The notes beneath the pieces are model-generated. The model made no database searches, was not told the origin of the DNA, and saw only the letters and a list, made by a program, of their open reading frames with translations. DNA of 35,666 bases from Thermoprotei archaeon (GTDB taxonomy: Archaea > Thermoproteota > Thermoprotei > Thermofilales > Thermofilaceae), in contig QMRZ01000001.1 of NCBI GenBank assembly GCA_003649495.1, forward strand, positions 1 through 35,666. The letters are read 5' to 3'. This document shows positions 25,752 to 34,660 of this stretch, one piece after another (within the stretch, counting starts at the first letter, position 1; each line of letters opens with the position of its first letter). Position numbers and translations under genes: made by a program.

Positions 25752-27029
25752 CTACGCTGTCATGGACATGAGATCTTTGACTCTGGGTAGGAGTTCCCAG
25801 CCGTGCTCTATAATCCCTAGTCTGCCCTTCGCGCACTCTCTCTCCGTGAACTTCTGCACGTCATCCGGCTCAACGCCCGGCACGTGCACAGCCACAGGCA
25901 CTGGATCATCGGTGTGAGCTTTGGCGCTGGGCGGCGTCGCGTGGTCAGACGTGACTATTATGGCGTATTCGTTCAAGTTTATCCTGTTGAGGAGTAGTTT
26001 AACGAAGTGAGAATCAACATCCTCGATGGCCTTGGCCTTCTCCTCGAGAAGACCGTCGTGTCCAGGCTCGTCAGGCCCCTTAAGGTGTACGTACACGGCG
26101 TCCACTCTCTCAAGCAGGCTTAATGCCGCCTCTAGCCTATCCCTGTAATCCCTAGCCTTATCTCCAGTGGGGGGAGGCACTTCGGCTACCTCCATGCCTA
26201 GGAGCCGGGCTATGCCCTTCTCCACCGGCATTTCAACTACCGCCCCGAACTTCAGTCCGAGCTTCTCAGCTATGGGCTTCACCCTGGGAAGGCTACCTCC
26301 TGAGTCTCTTAGGAGTATGGCGTTTGCCTTCAAGAGACCCCTCTTAACCCTCTCCTTGTTAACGGGATGTCGGCTGAGTATTTCCACGGCTCTCCGAGTG
26401 AACTCATTGACTAGCTCCGCGGTTCTCCTAGCCTCGGGAGTGTCACTTAGAGGCTTGCAGGGCATGAGCTTCTTCTCGTAGCTGGGCCTTGCGACTGAGA
26501 TCTTGCCCACCTTAGCGTAGGCTGGATCGGTGTTGTCAACCTCGTCGGAGAGCTTGTACGTTTTGCTGCCAATTATGACGACTGCCCTATGGCCTATGGT
26601 CGCCTTGACGCGCACGTAGCCGTCATATGCGCTCAGCTTCATGCCATCTAAGGCGGCAGCCAACCTGTGCGCCTCCTCTGACTCGAGACGCCTGCCAGCT
26701 CGCCTATCTATTATCTCGAGCGTCGACTCATTGACTGTGGCAAAATTGGCTCTGAACGCCACCTCATATCCCTCCCTTATGCTGAGTCCCGCGCCTAGCG
26801 CCTCAAGAGGTCCCCTGCCAGTGTAGTAGCGGTGTGGGTCGTAGCTAAGCAGCGCGAGCACTGCTGCGTCGCTCTCAGGCGCGACGCCCCTCCCTATCGT
26901 GTACATTAATCCACATAGTGAGGCTGAAGCTATCGCGTCGAGGTGTGGCGTGTTAGCCAACTCAAGGCTGGTCGGCTTATCTGAGAGCGAGTCCGCAGCT
27001 CCATCTATTACAAGGTATATCAGCTTCAT
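25752..27029 (-). CDS. apgM: cofactor-independent phosphoglycerate mutase, archaeal type
   Basis: 425 aa. MKLIYLVIDGAADS is the N-terminal metal-binding Asp motif. VHLKGPDEPGHDG and TSDHATP are also present. Confidence 0.9.
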   Translation of the reverse strand: MKLIYLVIDGAADSLSDKPTSLELANTPHLDAIASASLCGLMYTIGRGVAPESDAAVLALLSYDPHRYYTGRGPLEALGAGLSIREGYEVAFRANFATVNESTLEIIDRRAGRRLESEEAHRLAAALDGMKLSAYDGYVRVKATIGHRAVVIIGSKTYKLSDEVDNTDPAYAKVGKISVARPSYEKKLMPCKPLSDTPEARRTAELVNEFTRRAVEILSRHPVNKERVKRGLLKANAILLRDSGGSLPRVKPIAEKLGLKFGAVVEMPVEKGIARLLGMEVAEVPPPTGDKARDYRDRLEAALSLLERVDAVYVHLKGPDEPGHDGLLEEKAKAIEDVDSHFVKLLLNRINLNEYAIIVTSDHATPPSAKAHTDDPVPVAVHVPGVEPDDVQKFTERECAKGRLGIIEHGWELLPRVKDLMSMTA

Positions 27030-27055
27030 CGGGGTAAGCGGCTCTTCCTCAAATA

Positions 27056-28573
27056 TTAACTCTTAGCTGAGGAGAGCTTGCGGGCCAGGCTTAGTGCCTC
27101 CTCCAGCATCCTCTCGATACGCGCGTCTTCACTGGGACTTGTTACGGCTGGACTGCGAACAAGCTTCAGGGAGAGGGAGCATAGCCTTTTAAGCCTCCTC
27201 CACCTAGCTCCCTGCTCGGGAAACAGTGTAGCTCTCCTCTTCACTTCGTACCTAAGCACGCCCAAGTTTAGCTCAACTAAGTTTGAGGGGAGCAGGCCCA
27301 TGCTTATTAGCAGGCTTGAGGAAAGCTCGAGTAGCCCCCTCACGATTAGCTCCTTCCTTTCTCCGCAGTCCACGGACCTCACGGCTGTTGAGAGCGTGCT
27401 AATGGCAGCTTGTTCATACTTAAGTGCCAGCCCGCCCGCGTCCGTAGAGGAGAGCTCAGCCCAGGCGCTAGAGACTCGGGGCGCCAGCTCCCTAGCTACT
27501 CTGTGCAGCTCATCCTCCTCGATTATCCACGCCTCAGCCCCCCAGGGCGTCCACGATAGCCTGCTCCTCAGGTCCTCGGCTATTAGCTCGGAGTGTAGCT
27601 TCACCAACTTGGATGGGGGCCTTAGTCCCCGCTCCTCCAGGGTATTGCGCGAGATGATCCTCAACGTGCTCCACGACAATTGTCTTAGGCCTTTTCCTGA
27701 CCTCACGTATGCCCTCTCGAGCGCGTAGACGTAGTTGACAAACTTTATAGCACTAGCTGTGGAGGGCTCGAGCTCCTCCAGGAGACTACACGTCATGGAG
27801 ACTAAAGCGCGCTTTGAAATGTACTCCCTTCCCTTGAGGGCTTCGAGTATGGAAGGGACGACTCTCGATACCACGCGATGAGGTATCCCAGCCCTGTACA
27901 GTGAGCGCGCGAGCTTATCAGCGCTGAACTCCTCTACTCCCCCATCCTCGTTGACCACCTTTAGGCGTGAGGGTTCTATACCCGGTGTGGACATTCTCAG
28001 GGATGGGATCAGCACGTCGAGGATCCTTATAGCCTCCCTGCTGAGGAGTCTATCTCCAGGGCTTATGAGCCCCTGAGCCTTTAGCCTCTCGAGAGCCGCC
28101 TTGACATCGCGGGGGTGTAGGCCTAGGAACGATAGAGTGATTAGTACACGCTCCTCATCGCCGTTGAGGATGTGATAGGATAGCAGGACTAGTGCCTCCA
28201 CAGCGCTTAGGCCAGCGTAGCCTTTACAGTGCTTGACAGCCCTGAGCAGGAAGCCTAGCGTAATCGTACTAGGCAGCACGCTCTTAACTTTTATGAAGTG
28301 TTGCCCTCTCCTCGAGAGCTGTGCCTTCTCGATGGGGCAGGCTAAGTGTCTCGCTAGGGCTTTCTCGAGCACTGCAACAGCCTCATCAAGGGGCAGCTCT
28401 CCAGTTCTAACGTGTATTAGTAGTAACCCACTCGTATCTTCATATTCCCAATTCTCTATGAGCGCGCCCCGCTCACTGAGCTCGTGAGCAGCCTCGTTTA
28501 GGGCCAGACTTAGAGTTGCGCCTGGGGCATGGCCAGCCTTAATCCTGTATCCGACTAGGTAATCCTCTGCCAT
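27056..28573 (-). CDS. ATP-cone domain protein with unrecognised flanking domains
   Basis: 505 aa. Residues about 203-285 (27719-27967), LKVVNEDGGVEEFSADKLARSLYRAGIPHRVVSRVVPSILEAL...ISKRALVSMTCSLLEEL...AIKFVNY, fit the ATP-cone pattern. A wHTH-like segment (ALERLKAQGLISPGDRLLSREA) lies upstream. No P-loop anywhere. Confidence 0.65.
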   Translation of the reverse strand: MAEDYLVGYRIKAGHAPGATLSLALNEAAHELSERGALIENWEYEDTSGLLLIHVRTGELPLDEAVAVLEKALARHLACPIEKAQLSRRGQHFIKVKSVLPSTITLGFLLRAVKHCKGYAGLSAVEALVLLSYHILNGDEERVLITLSFLGLHPRDVKAALERLKAQGLISPGDRLLSREAIRILDVLIPSLRMSTPGIEPSRLKVVNEDGGVEEFSADKLARSLYRAGIPHRVVSRVVPSILEALKGREYISKRALVSMTCSLLEELEPSTASAIKFVNYVYALERAYVRSGKGLRQLSWSTLRIISRNTLEERGLRPPSKLVKLHSELIAEDLRSRLSWTPWGAEAWIIEEDELHRVARELAPRVSSAWAELSSTDAGGLALKYEQAAISTLSTAVRSVDCGERKELIVRGLLELSSSLLISMGLLPSNLVELNLGVLRYEVKRRATLFPEQGARWRRLKRLCSLSLKLVRSPAVTSPSEDARIERMLEEALSLARKLSSAKS

Positions 28574-28607
28574 ACCTGTGTTTAACCCGCTGCAGCTGAA
28601 TAAAAGC

Positions 28608-29444
28608 TCACATGAAGTACAGGACTACCTCCTTATACTCTCTATCCAAGGATACCGGCGCCTTAAGCAGCACGGGTCTTCTCTGCCGTAACACTTCGCC
28701 TAGTAGCTCAGGGTCTACGTGCTCCCTCGCTAGGAGCTTAAGGGGTACATTAACGCCTAGGGGGCGAGCTGGCACCATATGCCTAGTGCTCTTCGGGGGC
28801 AGTAAGACGCCGCTCCGGGCTATCTCCAGGATCTCGCGCTTAAGTGGCGTGGGAGGCAGCACTAAAATCCCCTCTCCTCCTTGGAGTGCTGAGTCGCCAG
28901 GCACATAGGTTGGCCCCTTCCCCAAAAGGCTAGTTAGCCGCTCCTCCAGCTCTCGAAGCTTAGCGTAAGCGTCGGTGAGCTCTGCGTATTCTATCCTATA
29001 AGCCTCGCCAGCGTGTATCACGGCTAAATCCCTCTTTCCCACCTCCTCCGGCTTCACAGGCTCGGAGCTGAATCCTTTAAGCAATGAACTCAGCTCACAG
29101 CTTCCCTCCACCCTATACCTCCTGGCCCACCTGTCTAGGAGCACTAGAGGGTTGGAGTAGTCGACCTCGCAGACAGTTATCCACTTGTAACCCAAGGCCT
29201 TCATTGCAGCCCACCTGTGCGTGCCATCAAGTATCACGCCGCTTGTTGCATCCACTATTATCGGGTTTCGCTGGTAGATGCTCCTCCTGAAAGCTGCCTT
29301 AAGCTCCTCCAGGTAGCTAGGTACGACCTCCTCGTGAGGTCGCAGCTCCTCAATTCTACGCACAGTCACGGTGAGCTCGAGTTCGCGCGTGCCCACAGAT
29401 ACTCTGAGCCTCAGCTCGGACACGAGGGTAAGCCGCGTGGACAC
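28608..29444 (-). CDS. ParB/Srx-fold protein; possible free-serine-kinase (SerK)-like enzyme
   Basis: 278 aa. LRPHEEVV...PIIVDATSGVILDGTHRWAAMKALGY is the ParB N-terminal / sulfiredoxin-type motif. The C-terminal LLPPKSTRHMVP resembles what I recall of archaeal SerK. The GTG at 29444 leaves only 11 nt to the divergent gene, so a downstream GTG start is likely. Confidence 0.55.
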   Translation of the reverse strand: MSTRLTLVSELRLRVSVGTRELELTVTVRRIEELRPHEEVVPSYLEELKAAFRRSIYQRNPIIVDATSGVILDGTHRWAAMKALGYKWITVCEVDYSNPLVLLDRWARRYRVEGSCELSSLLKGFSSEPVKPEEVGKRDLAVIHAGEAYRIEYAELTDAYAKLRELEERLTSLLGKGPTYVPGDSALQGGEGILVLPPTPLKREILEIARSGVLLPPKSTRHMVPARPLGVNVPLKLLAREHVDPELLGEVLRQRRPVLLKAPVSLDREYKEVVLYFM

Positions 29445-29455
29445 GCTTTAAGCCT

Positions 29456-29956
29456 ATGTTCGTGCTAGTAACTGGTGTGGGAGGACGTGAGGAACCGCGC
29501 TTAGCGGCTGTTGCCATAGTTAGGCCGGGGAGTGAGGCGCGTGTGAAACTGGACCTACTAGACGCCCTTTATCCACACGATACGAGCGTGAGAGTAGAGG
29601 TCTATAGTGGAGCGCTAGCTATTTTCAGTAGGCTTAAGCCGGGGGAGGTGAGGGCCCTAGCGGAGAGGTACCCAATAAGGGGACTAACTGCTGTCAGAGA
29701 GGCCGCTGAGGTTGCGTGCGACGCTGATCCTCGCGCTGCTATCGAGGCATTACTTAGGAGGGTTGCGGAGAAGGGTTTAAAGTTCGCTAGAGTGGAGGTG
29801 AGAACTAGGGGCTCTCTCAGGGGGAGGGATGCCGAGCAATTAGTTAAGCGCATCGTGCGGGAGTTAAGGCTACTTGATAAGCTGGGAGCGAAAGCCCGAA
29901 TAGAAGTCCTGGGGCGCTATGCAGTGCTCTGCATCCTGTCGAAGAGTAAACGCTGA
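29456..29956 (+). CDS. small THUMP-like domain protein (tentative)
   Basis: 166 aa. The layout FVLVTG..., then FARVEVRTRGSLRGRDAEQLVKRIV and KARIEVLGRYAVLCIL, resembles stand-alone archaeal THUMP proteins. Assignment is by eye only. Confidence 0.4.
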   Translation: MFVLVTGVGGREEPRLAAVAIVRPGSEARVKLDLLDALYPHDTSVRVEVYSGALAIFSRLKPGEVRALAERYPIRGLTAVREAAEVACDADPRAAIEALLRRVAEKGLKFARVEVRTRGSLRGRDAEQLVKRIVRELRLLDKLGAKARIEVLGRYAVLCILSKSKR

Positions 29957-29970
29957 TGTTACACGCAGAG

Positions 29971-29978
29971 TTTATTAT
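29971..29978 (+). promoter_or_regulatory. TATA-like box upstream of orc1/cdc6
   Basis: TTTATTAT lies about 50 nt upstream of the ATG at 30026. Confidence 0.3.
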
Positions 29979-30025
29979 GGGGGAGCTGTTATGTACACTA
30001 CAGGCTCCTAGGCAGGGTCACGGTC

Positions 30026-31249
30026 ATGTCGTACGGCGGTTCATGGCTACCGAGTTCCAAGATCTTCCGCGATGAAAGCAAGCTTCAGATAGATTATGTA
30101 CCGCGCAACCTGCCTCATAGAGAGGAGCAGATACGCAGGCTGAGGGACTACTTCAGGCCTTTCCTGATGAACCCGGGCTCCATATTCGTTAGGGTAATAC
30201 TACTGGGGGGCGTGGGGACTGGGAAGACTGCCGTTGCCAGGAGGTTTGGCGAGGATATAGACGGGCTTAGGGCTAGGGGCGGGGCAGTTATCAGGTTCTC
30301 ATACGTTAACTGCCACGCTCACAGGACTCTGTTCTCCATTATGCAGAAGATGGGGAGGGATCTAGGCCTCAGCATTCCCCGGAGAGGATTCTCACGAGAG
30401 GAGCTCATGCACCTCCTCTGGAACCACCTCAGGAGCAGTAACGAGTACCTCGTGGCCGCGATTGATGAGGCGGACTACTTGGCCCGTACACGCGATGGAG
30501 AGGCCCTATACGACCTCACTAGGATCTCTGAAGTTGTTGGCGATAAGCTCCATAGGGCTGGCTTCATATTCATATTCAGGGATCTCTCTTTTCTAGTCAC
30601 GCTGGACAGGTCTATCCAGAGCACGCTCCAACACAATATCATAAAGTTCCACCCATATACTGCTTCCCAGCTGGTGGACATCTTGTGGATGAGAGTCGAG
30701 GAGGGTGCGGTATACGAGTCCGCGGTGGACGACACTGTGATGGAAATGATAGGGGAGCTGGTGGGCTACGACAAGGGCGGGCCTGGCGATGCTAGGCTGG
30801 CTCTGGAGCTTCTCTACAGGGCTGGCAAGTATGCAGAGGAGGAGGGCAGGGACGTAATCCTCCCCGAGGATGTAAGGAAGGCTTACAGTGACGTAGTGCC
30901 CATTCCTCGCGATGTGTTGGCGAACTTAAGGCTCGGCGAGAAGCTATTGTTACTGGCTCTCACGCGGCTCCTACAGAGGAAGAAGTTCGTGAGCAAAGTT
31001 CCAATGGGTCTCTTAGAGCTGGAGTACAACGAGGTGTGTGAGGAGTTCGGTGTCAAGCCTAGACGCCACACGACGGTGTGGGAGTACGTCAGGAACCTGC
31101 ATAGAATGGGTGTAATCTCGGCGGAGAAGTCGCGGAGGGGGCAGAGAGGTAGGACGACTCTAGTGGGCCTATCTGCCGTCCCCCTACAGACACTCGAGAG
31201 GGAGCTCATAAAGATGATTAAGGAGGATATCAGGCGCGGGCTCTCCTAG
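30026..31249 (+). CDS. cdc6: Orc1/Cdc6 replication initiator
   Basis: 407 aa. DYVPRNLPHREEQ, Walker A LLGGVGTGKTA, Walker B AIDEADYL, and a C-terminal winged helix (VWEYVRNLHRMGVI). Confidence 0.95.
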   Translation: MSYGGSWLPSSKIFRDESKLQIDYVPRNLPHREEQIRRLRDYFRPFLMNPGSIFVRVILLGGVGTGKTAVARRFGEDIDGLRARGGAVIRFSYVNCHAHRTLFSIMQKMGRDLGLSIPRRGFSREELMHLLWNHLRSSNEYLVAAIDEADYLARTRDGEALYDLTRISEVVGDKLHRAGFIFIFRDLSFLVTLDRSIQSTLQHNIIKFHPYTASQLVDILWMRVEEGAVYESAVDDTVMEMIGELVGYDKGGPGDARLALELLYRAGKYAEEEGRDVILPEDVRKAYSDVVPIPRDVLANLRLGEKLLLLALTRLLQRKKFVSKVPMGLLELEYNEVCEEFGVKPRRHTTVWEYVRNLHRMGVISAEKSRRGQRGRTTLVGLSAVPLQTLERELIKMIKEDIRRGLS

Positions 31250-32507
31250 CCCTCGCCGAGGGCCGCACTGTATGCACGTGGAGCCCGAGGGCCTTTGCGA
31301 ACTTCGACTCGGATATCCCTAAGCCCTTAAGTAGCTTCCTCCCAGCCTGGGGGTTCTCCTCGTATATCAACTTAAGGAACGGGAGGATTTCCGTCAGAGC
31401 CTTCCTAGCAGATGTGTGGCATGTCTTAGCAATGACTCTAGCTATCCTCATCCTCTCATCCCTCTGCTCCTTAGTAGCTGAGAGGGCCCTCAGCTTGTAG
31501 GGGAAACTGTACTTGACGAACTTAAAGGGGGGCTTCTCTCTCGCGCTAGCCACGCCAGCGGTCATAAGGTCGAGCGCGTAGGGAAGGAGAGTCCAGGCCT
31601 GTCTCCTCTTAATCCTGCCCAGCATCATGTCGGCTCTCGAGAGAGCGTCGTAGGCGTCCGCTATTGCTACGATGCTCGGCGAGTACTGGTACGGTATGTT
31701 CTCGTTGAGCCACTGCATCAGCATCTCATAGTCTAGGGATGGCATACTAAGCACAGCTTTAGCGGCCTCCGGGCGCTTAGCCGTGAGCACCTGCCTCACT
31801 ACCTCAAACATGTTCATCTGCCTGGCCCTATAGCCGAGCACCTCCAGGTCCTCAAGGGTCACCCTGCGCCTACCCATCGCGATTGATTGTAGATCATTGA
31901 TCGCGGCTCTCAGATCTCCCTCGCAGTTCCCAGCTATGGCTCTCAGCACAGAGTAGTCGCACTCTATCCCCTCCCGCCTGCAGATCTCCCTGAGCGCCCT
32001 CACCACGTCCCTGATCCCCAGCTTCCTGAACTCTATTAGCTTACACATAGATCTGAGCTGTCTCAGCCTGGGATCCCAGGGGTCATTAGCTGTGAGAACC
32101 ACTGGATACTGAGACGCCTTAATGATCTCCATTATCATGTCGAGCCCCCCTCTATCCTCTCTAGGGCTTACGCCGTCCACCTCGTCTAGCAGTATTATTT
32201 TGCCTCTAGCCCCGAAGAGCGAGCCCTCGGTAGCGGATCTAAGCACCCTCCTCCTGAGAGCCTCTGATGTCCTCACATCACTAGCGTTAGCCTCTATTAG
32301 CTCCAGCCCTAACTGGTGAGCGGCTGCGTGGACTAGGCTGGTTTTGCCGCAGCCAGGCGGACCGTAGAGGAGGGCGGCCTTCTTCTCAGGCCTACCGGCT
32401 AGCCACTTATTGAGCCATGCTACAAAGGCCTTTTTAGCCTCAGGATTACCTACTACCTCGTCTATCCTCTTGGGTCTATACTTCTCTGTCCAAGGCACTA
32501 TGCTCAT
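31230..32507 (-). CDS. rfcL: replication factor C large subunit
   Basis: WTEKYRPKRIDEVVGN, GPPGCGKTS, ILLDEVDG. The basic C-terminal tail ARARRARA is a position where a PIP-like tail would be expected. ATGA overlap with rfcS. Confidence 0.9.
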   Translation of the reverse strand: MSIVPWTEKYRPKRIDEVVGNPEAKKAFVAWLNKWLAGRPEKKAALLYGPPGCGKTSLVHAAAHQLGLELIEANASDVRTSEALRRRVLRSATEGSLFGARGKIILLDEVDGVSPREDRGGLDMIMEIIKASQYPVVLTANDPWDPRLRQLRSMCKLIEFRKLGIRDVVRALREICRREGIECDYSVLRAIAGNCEGDLRAAINDLQSIAMGRRRVTLEDLEVLGYRARQMNMFEVVRQVLTAKRPEAAKAVLSMPSLDYEMLMQWLNENIPYQYSPSIVAIADAYDALSRADMMLGRIKRRQAWTLLPYALDLMTAGVASAREKPPFKFVKYSFPYKLRALSATKEQRDERMRIARVIAKTCHTSARKALTEILPFLKLIYEENPQAGRKLLKGLGISESKFAKALGLHVHTVRPSARARRARA

Positions 32508-33505
32508 GCTCGGCCCCTCTTAGCTCCTATTAGTGCCATCTTGGCTAACAGCGCGTTTAGCTGGATCTCATCGTCAGCGCCCTCAACTATCCTGTAATTC
32601 AGCTCACCTAGCAACTCAACGAGTTCAAGCCTAGTTCTCTCGTCGAGGTCCAGGCCGCTCCTGGCCGAGGTCACTTCCCTGTACACAAGCTTTATTACGT
32701 CGACTCCTGAGAGGCCATAAGAGTAGAGTAGTGCCCTGAGCTTCTCCCGAGCCGCTAAGAAGTTGCCTCCCAGCGCGAGTTTTATCATATCCCTGATCTC
32801 GGTAGGAGTGACCTTGCCTAGAGCCTTGTAGACCGTGTCGGCGTCGACTACCTCGCCTATGGCGGCAGCTGCCTGAAGGGCATTTATCGCCTTCCTCATA
32901 TCGCCCATGCTCTCCTCCCATATCGCCTCGAGCCCGTCCTCAGTCACCTTGACGCCCTCACTCTCAGCTATGTACCTGAGCCTAGCAATGAAGTCCTCCT
33001 TCGGTATAGGCTGGAACCTAAATATCGCGCATCTCGACTGTATCGGCTCTATAATCTTCGACGCGTAATTCGCTATCAGTATGAAGCGTGCAGTCCTGGA
33101 GTATAGCTCCATGGTTCTCCGCAGCGCTTGCTGAGCATCACCGGTCATGTTATCGGCCTCGTCAAGTATTATCAGCTTGAAGGGAACCTCGCTGAGCGGA
33201 ACGGTCCTAGCGTACTCCTTTATCCTGGTCCTGATGACATCGATCCCTCGCTCATCCGAAGCGTTGAGCTCCAAGGTGTTATCACGCCACTTCTCGCCGT
33301 ACAGTTCATAGGCGAGGCATAATGCTGCCGTCGTCTTCCCCGTGCCGGGAGGGCCGACGAAGAGGAGATGTGGCACATTCTTCTCTCTGACGAACTCCTT
33401 CAGTCTCTCGACTATCTCCCTCTGGTCCACCATCTCATCTAGCCTCCTCGGCCTGTACTTCTCAACCCACAACTCCAGCGAGTACCGCTCACTCATCGCC
33501 TCCAC
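32504..33505 (-). CDS. rfcS: replication factor C small subunit
   Basis: WVEKYRPRRLDEMV, GPPGTGKTT, ILDEADNMT, and the SRC motif QSRCAIFRF. Confidence 0.95.
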   Translation of the reverse strand: MEAMSERYSLELWVEKYRPRRLDEMVDQREIVERLKEFVREKNVPHLLFVGPPGTGKTTAALCLAYELYGEKWRDNTLELNASDERGIDVIRTRIKEYARTVPLSEVPFKLIILDEADNMTGDAQQALRRTMELYSRTARFILIANYASKIIEPIQSRCAIFRFQPIPKEDFIARLRYIAESEGVKVTEDGLEAIWEESMGDMRKAINALQAAAAIGEVVDADTVYKALGKVTPTEIRDMIKLALGGNFLAAREKLRALLYSYGLSGVDVIKLVYREVTSARSGLDLDERTRLELVELLGELNYRIVEGADDEIQLNALLAKMALIGAKRGRA

Positions 33506-33582
33506 CGCCCCGTAGTTATGGGAGCTACGCGTTATATAGCTAGTGTATGTCTAAGGGAGTCTTCAAATGTTAACTCATCTCG

Positions 33583-33879
33583 GTGCTCATCAACTTTATT
33601 ACAACAGCCAAGGTTAAAAGGGCGGTAGAGTCGGAAAGGCGGGAGACCTTGAGGCGGGTAGTGGCCTTCGTGCTCGCGACTATAAGGACGGGGAAGGAGT
33701 ACGATGTAGTGGAGGAGGTGAGGAAGATAGAGGGGGTTAAGGAGGTTTTCATAACCTACGGAGTATGGGACGCGCTGATCAGGGTTGAGGTGAGCTCCCT
33801 CAGCGAGCTTGACAAGGTTGTGACTCAGATAAGGGGCGTCGAGGGGGTCGAGTACACTACGACACTTGTGGGTGTCTAA
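33583..33879 (+). CDS. stand-alone Lrp/AsnC ligand-binding (RAM) domain protein
   Basis: VVAFVLATIRTGKEYDVVEEVRKIEGVKEVFITYGVWDALIRVEV...LDKVVTQIRGVEGVEYTTTLV is a complete RAM fold with no HTH. The true start is probably downstream of 33583. Confidence 0.75.
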   Translation: MLINFITTAKVKRAVESERRETLRRVVAFVLATIRTGKEYDVVEEVRKIEGVKEVFITYGVWDALIRVEVSSLSELDKVVTQIRGVEGVEYTTTLVGV

Positions 33880-34648
33880 AGTGGAGAGGGCGTCAAAGAT
33901 AGCGAGCATACTGGTTAAGGTAGCCTCTAGAAGCGGAGTAGCTGTGAAGAGGGCTGGCCACAGGCTGTACCAGATCTACATAAGGCCTGTAAGGCTGATG
34001 GAGGAGGTGAGGGAGAATCCCGATGCGTCAGCGCCGGCCATACTGATAACCGTGGGCTTCACACTGCAGACCCTCATAGTATGTGCGCTACTGTCTGGCG
34101 TCAAGCTCAGCCTGCAGAACGCGCCCCCTGTAGACTTGCTGTCAGGCTTCTACTCAAACCTCCCGACATATGTTTTGTTAAGAGGCATCTCGCTCTTTGC
34201 GGTGTGGTTCATACTCTTCATCATATACTGGTTCGTGATGTACATACTGGGATCCCGCGTGGAAGGCTTTACGGTGTTCTCAGCGGTGGGCTACACGTTG
34301 TCCTGCCAGCTGCTCACGTTTGCCGCAGTGTTGGCACTCTACATTGCAGCGGCTTCCATGACTCCCTCCATCACGCTAGTGGGTGTGAGGGGGGTTTACC
34401 CCCAGCTATTTTCCCTAGCGGCGCACAGGTATAGGCTAGATGTGGAGAGCACTATGATAGGCGTCCCGGTCCAGGGGCTCATAGACGGCTTCGAGTACTT
34501 TGGCTCTATCTGGAGTACTCTACTGACGTTGCTCACATTTAGGATAGTGGGCGAGCTCCCCTGGAAGAAGGCAATAGGTGGAGGACTGGCAGCTGCAGCA
34601 GCGGCGTGGTTCATAGCTGGGGTCTTCAGGATCGCAGGCCTGATTTAG
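33866..34648 (+). CDS. polytopic membrane protein, Yip1-like topology
   Basis: 260 aa with 5 or more hydrophobic helices. The N-terminal part may be over-extended; an ATG giving MEEVRENPD is an alternative start. Confidence 0.5.
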   Translation: MWVSKVERASKIASILVKVASRSGVAVKRAGHRLYQIYIRPVRLMEEVRENPDASAPAILITVGFTLQTLIVCALLSGVKLSLQNAPPVDLLSGFYSNLPTYVLLRGISLFAVWFILFIIYWFVMYILGSRVEGFTVFSAVGYTLSCQLLTFAAVLALYIAAASMTPSITLVGVRGVYPQLFSLAAHRYRLDVESTMIGVPVQGLIDGFEYFGSIWSTLLTLLTFRIVGELPWKKAIGGGLAAAAAAWFIAGVFRIAGLI

Positions 34649-34660
34649 AAGGCCTACCAG

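Noticed and set aside
27078-27728. 216-aa antisense ORF inside the ATP-cone protein gene
   Set aside because: Ser-rich low-complexity translation. The opposite strand carries a recognisable ATP-cone domain.
33532-33909. 125-aa minus-strand ORF between rfcS and the membrane protein gene
   Set aside because: It overlaps the plus-strand ORF, which has a complete and recognisable RAM (AsnC ligand-binding) domain. Its own translation has no protein-like features.
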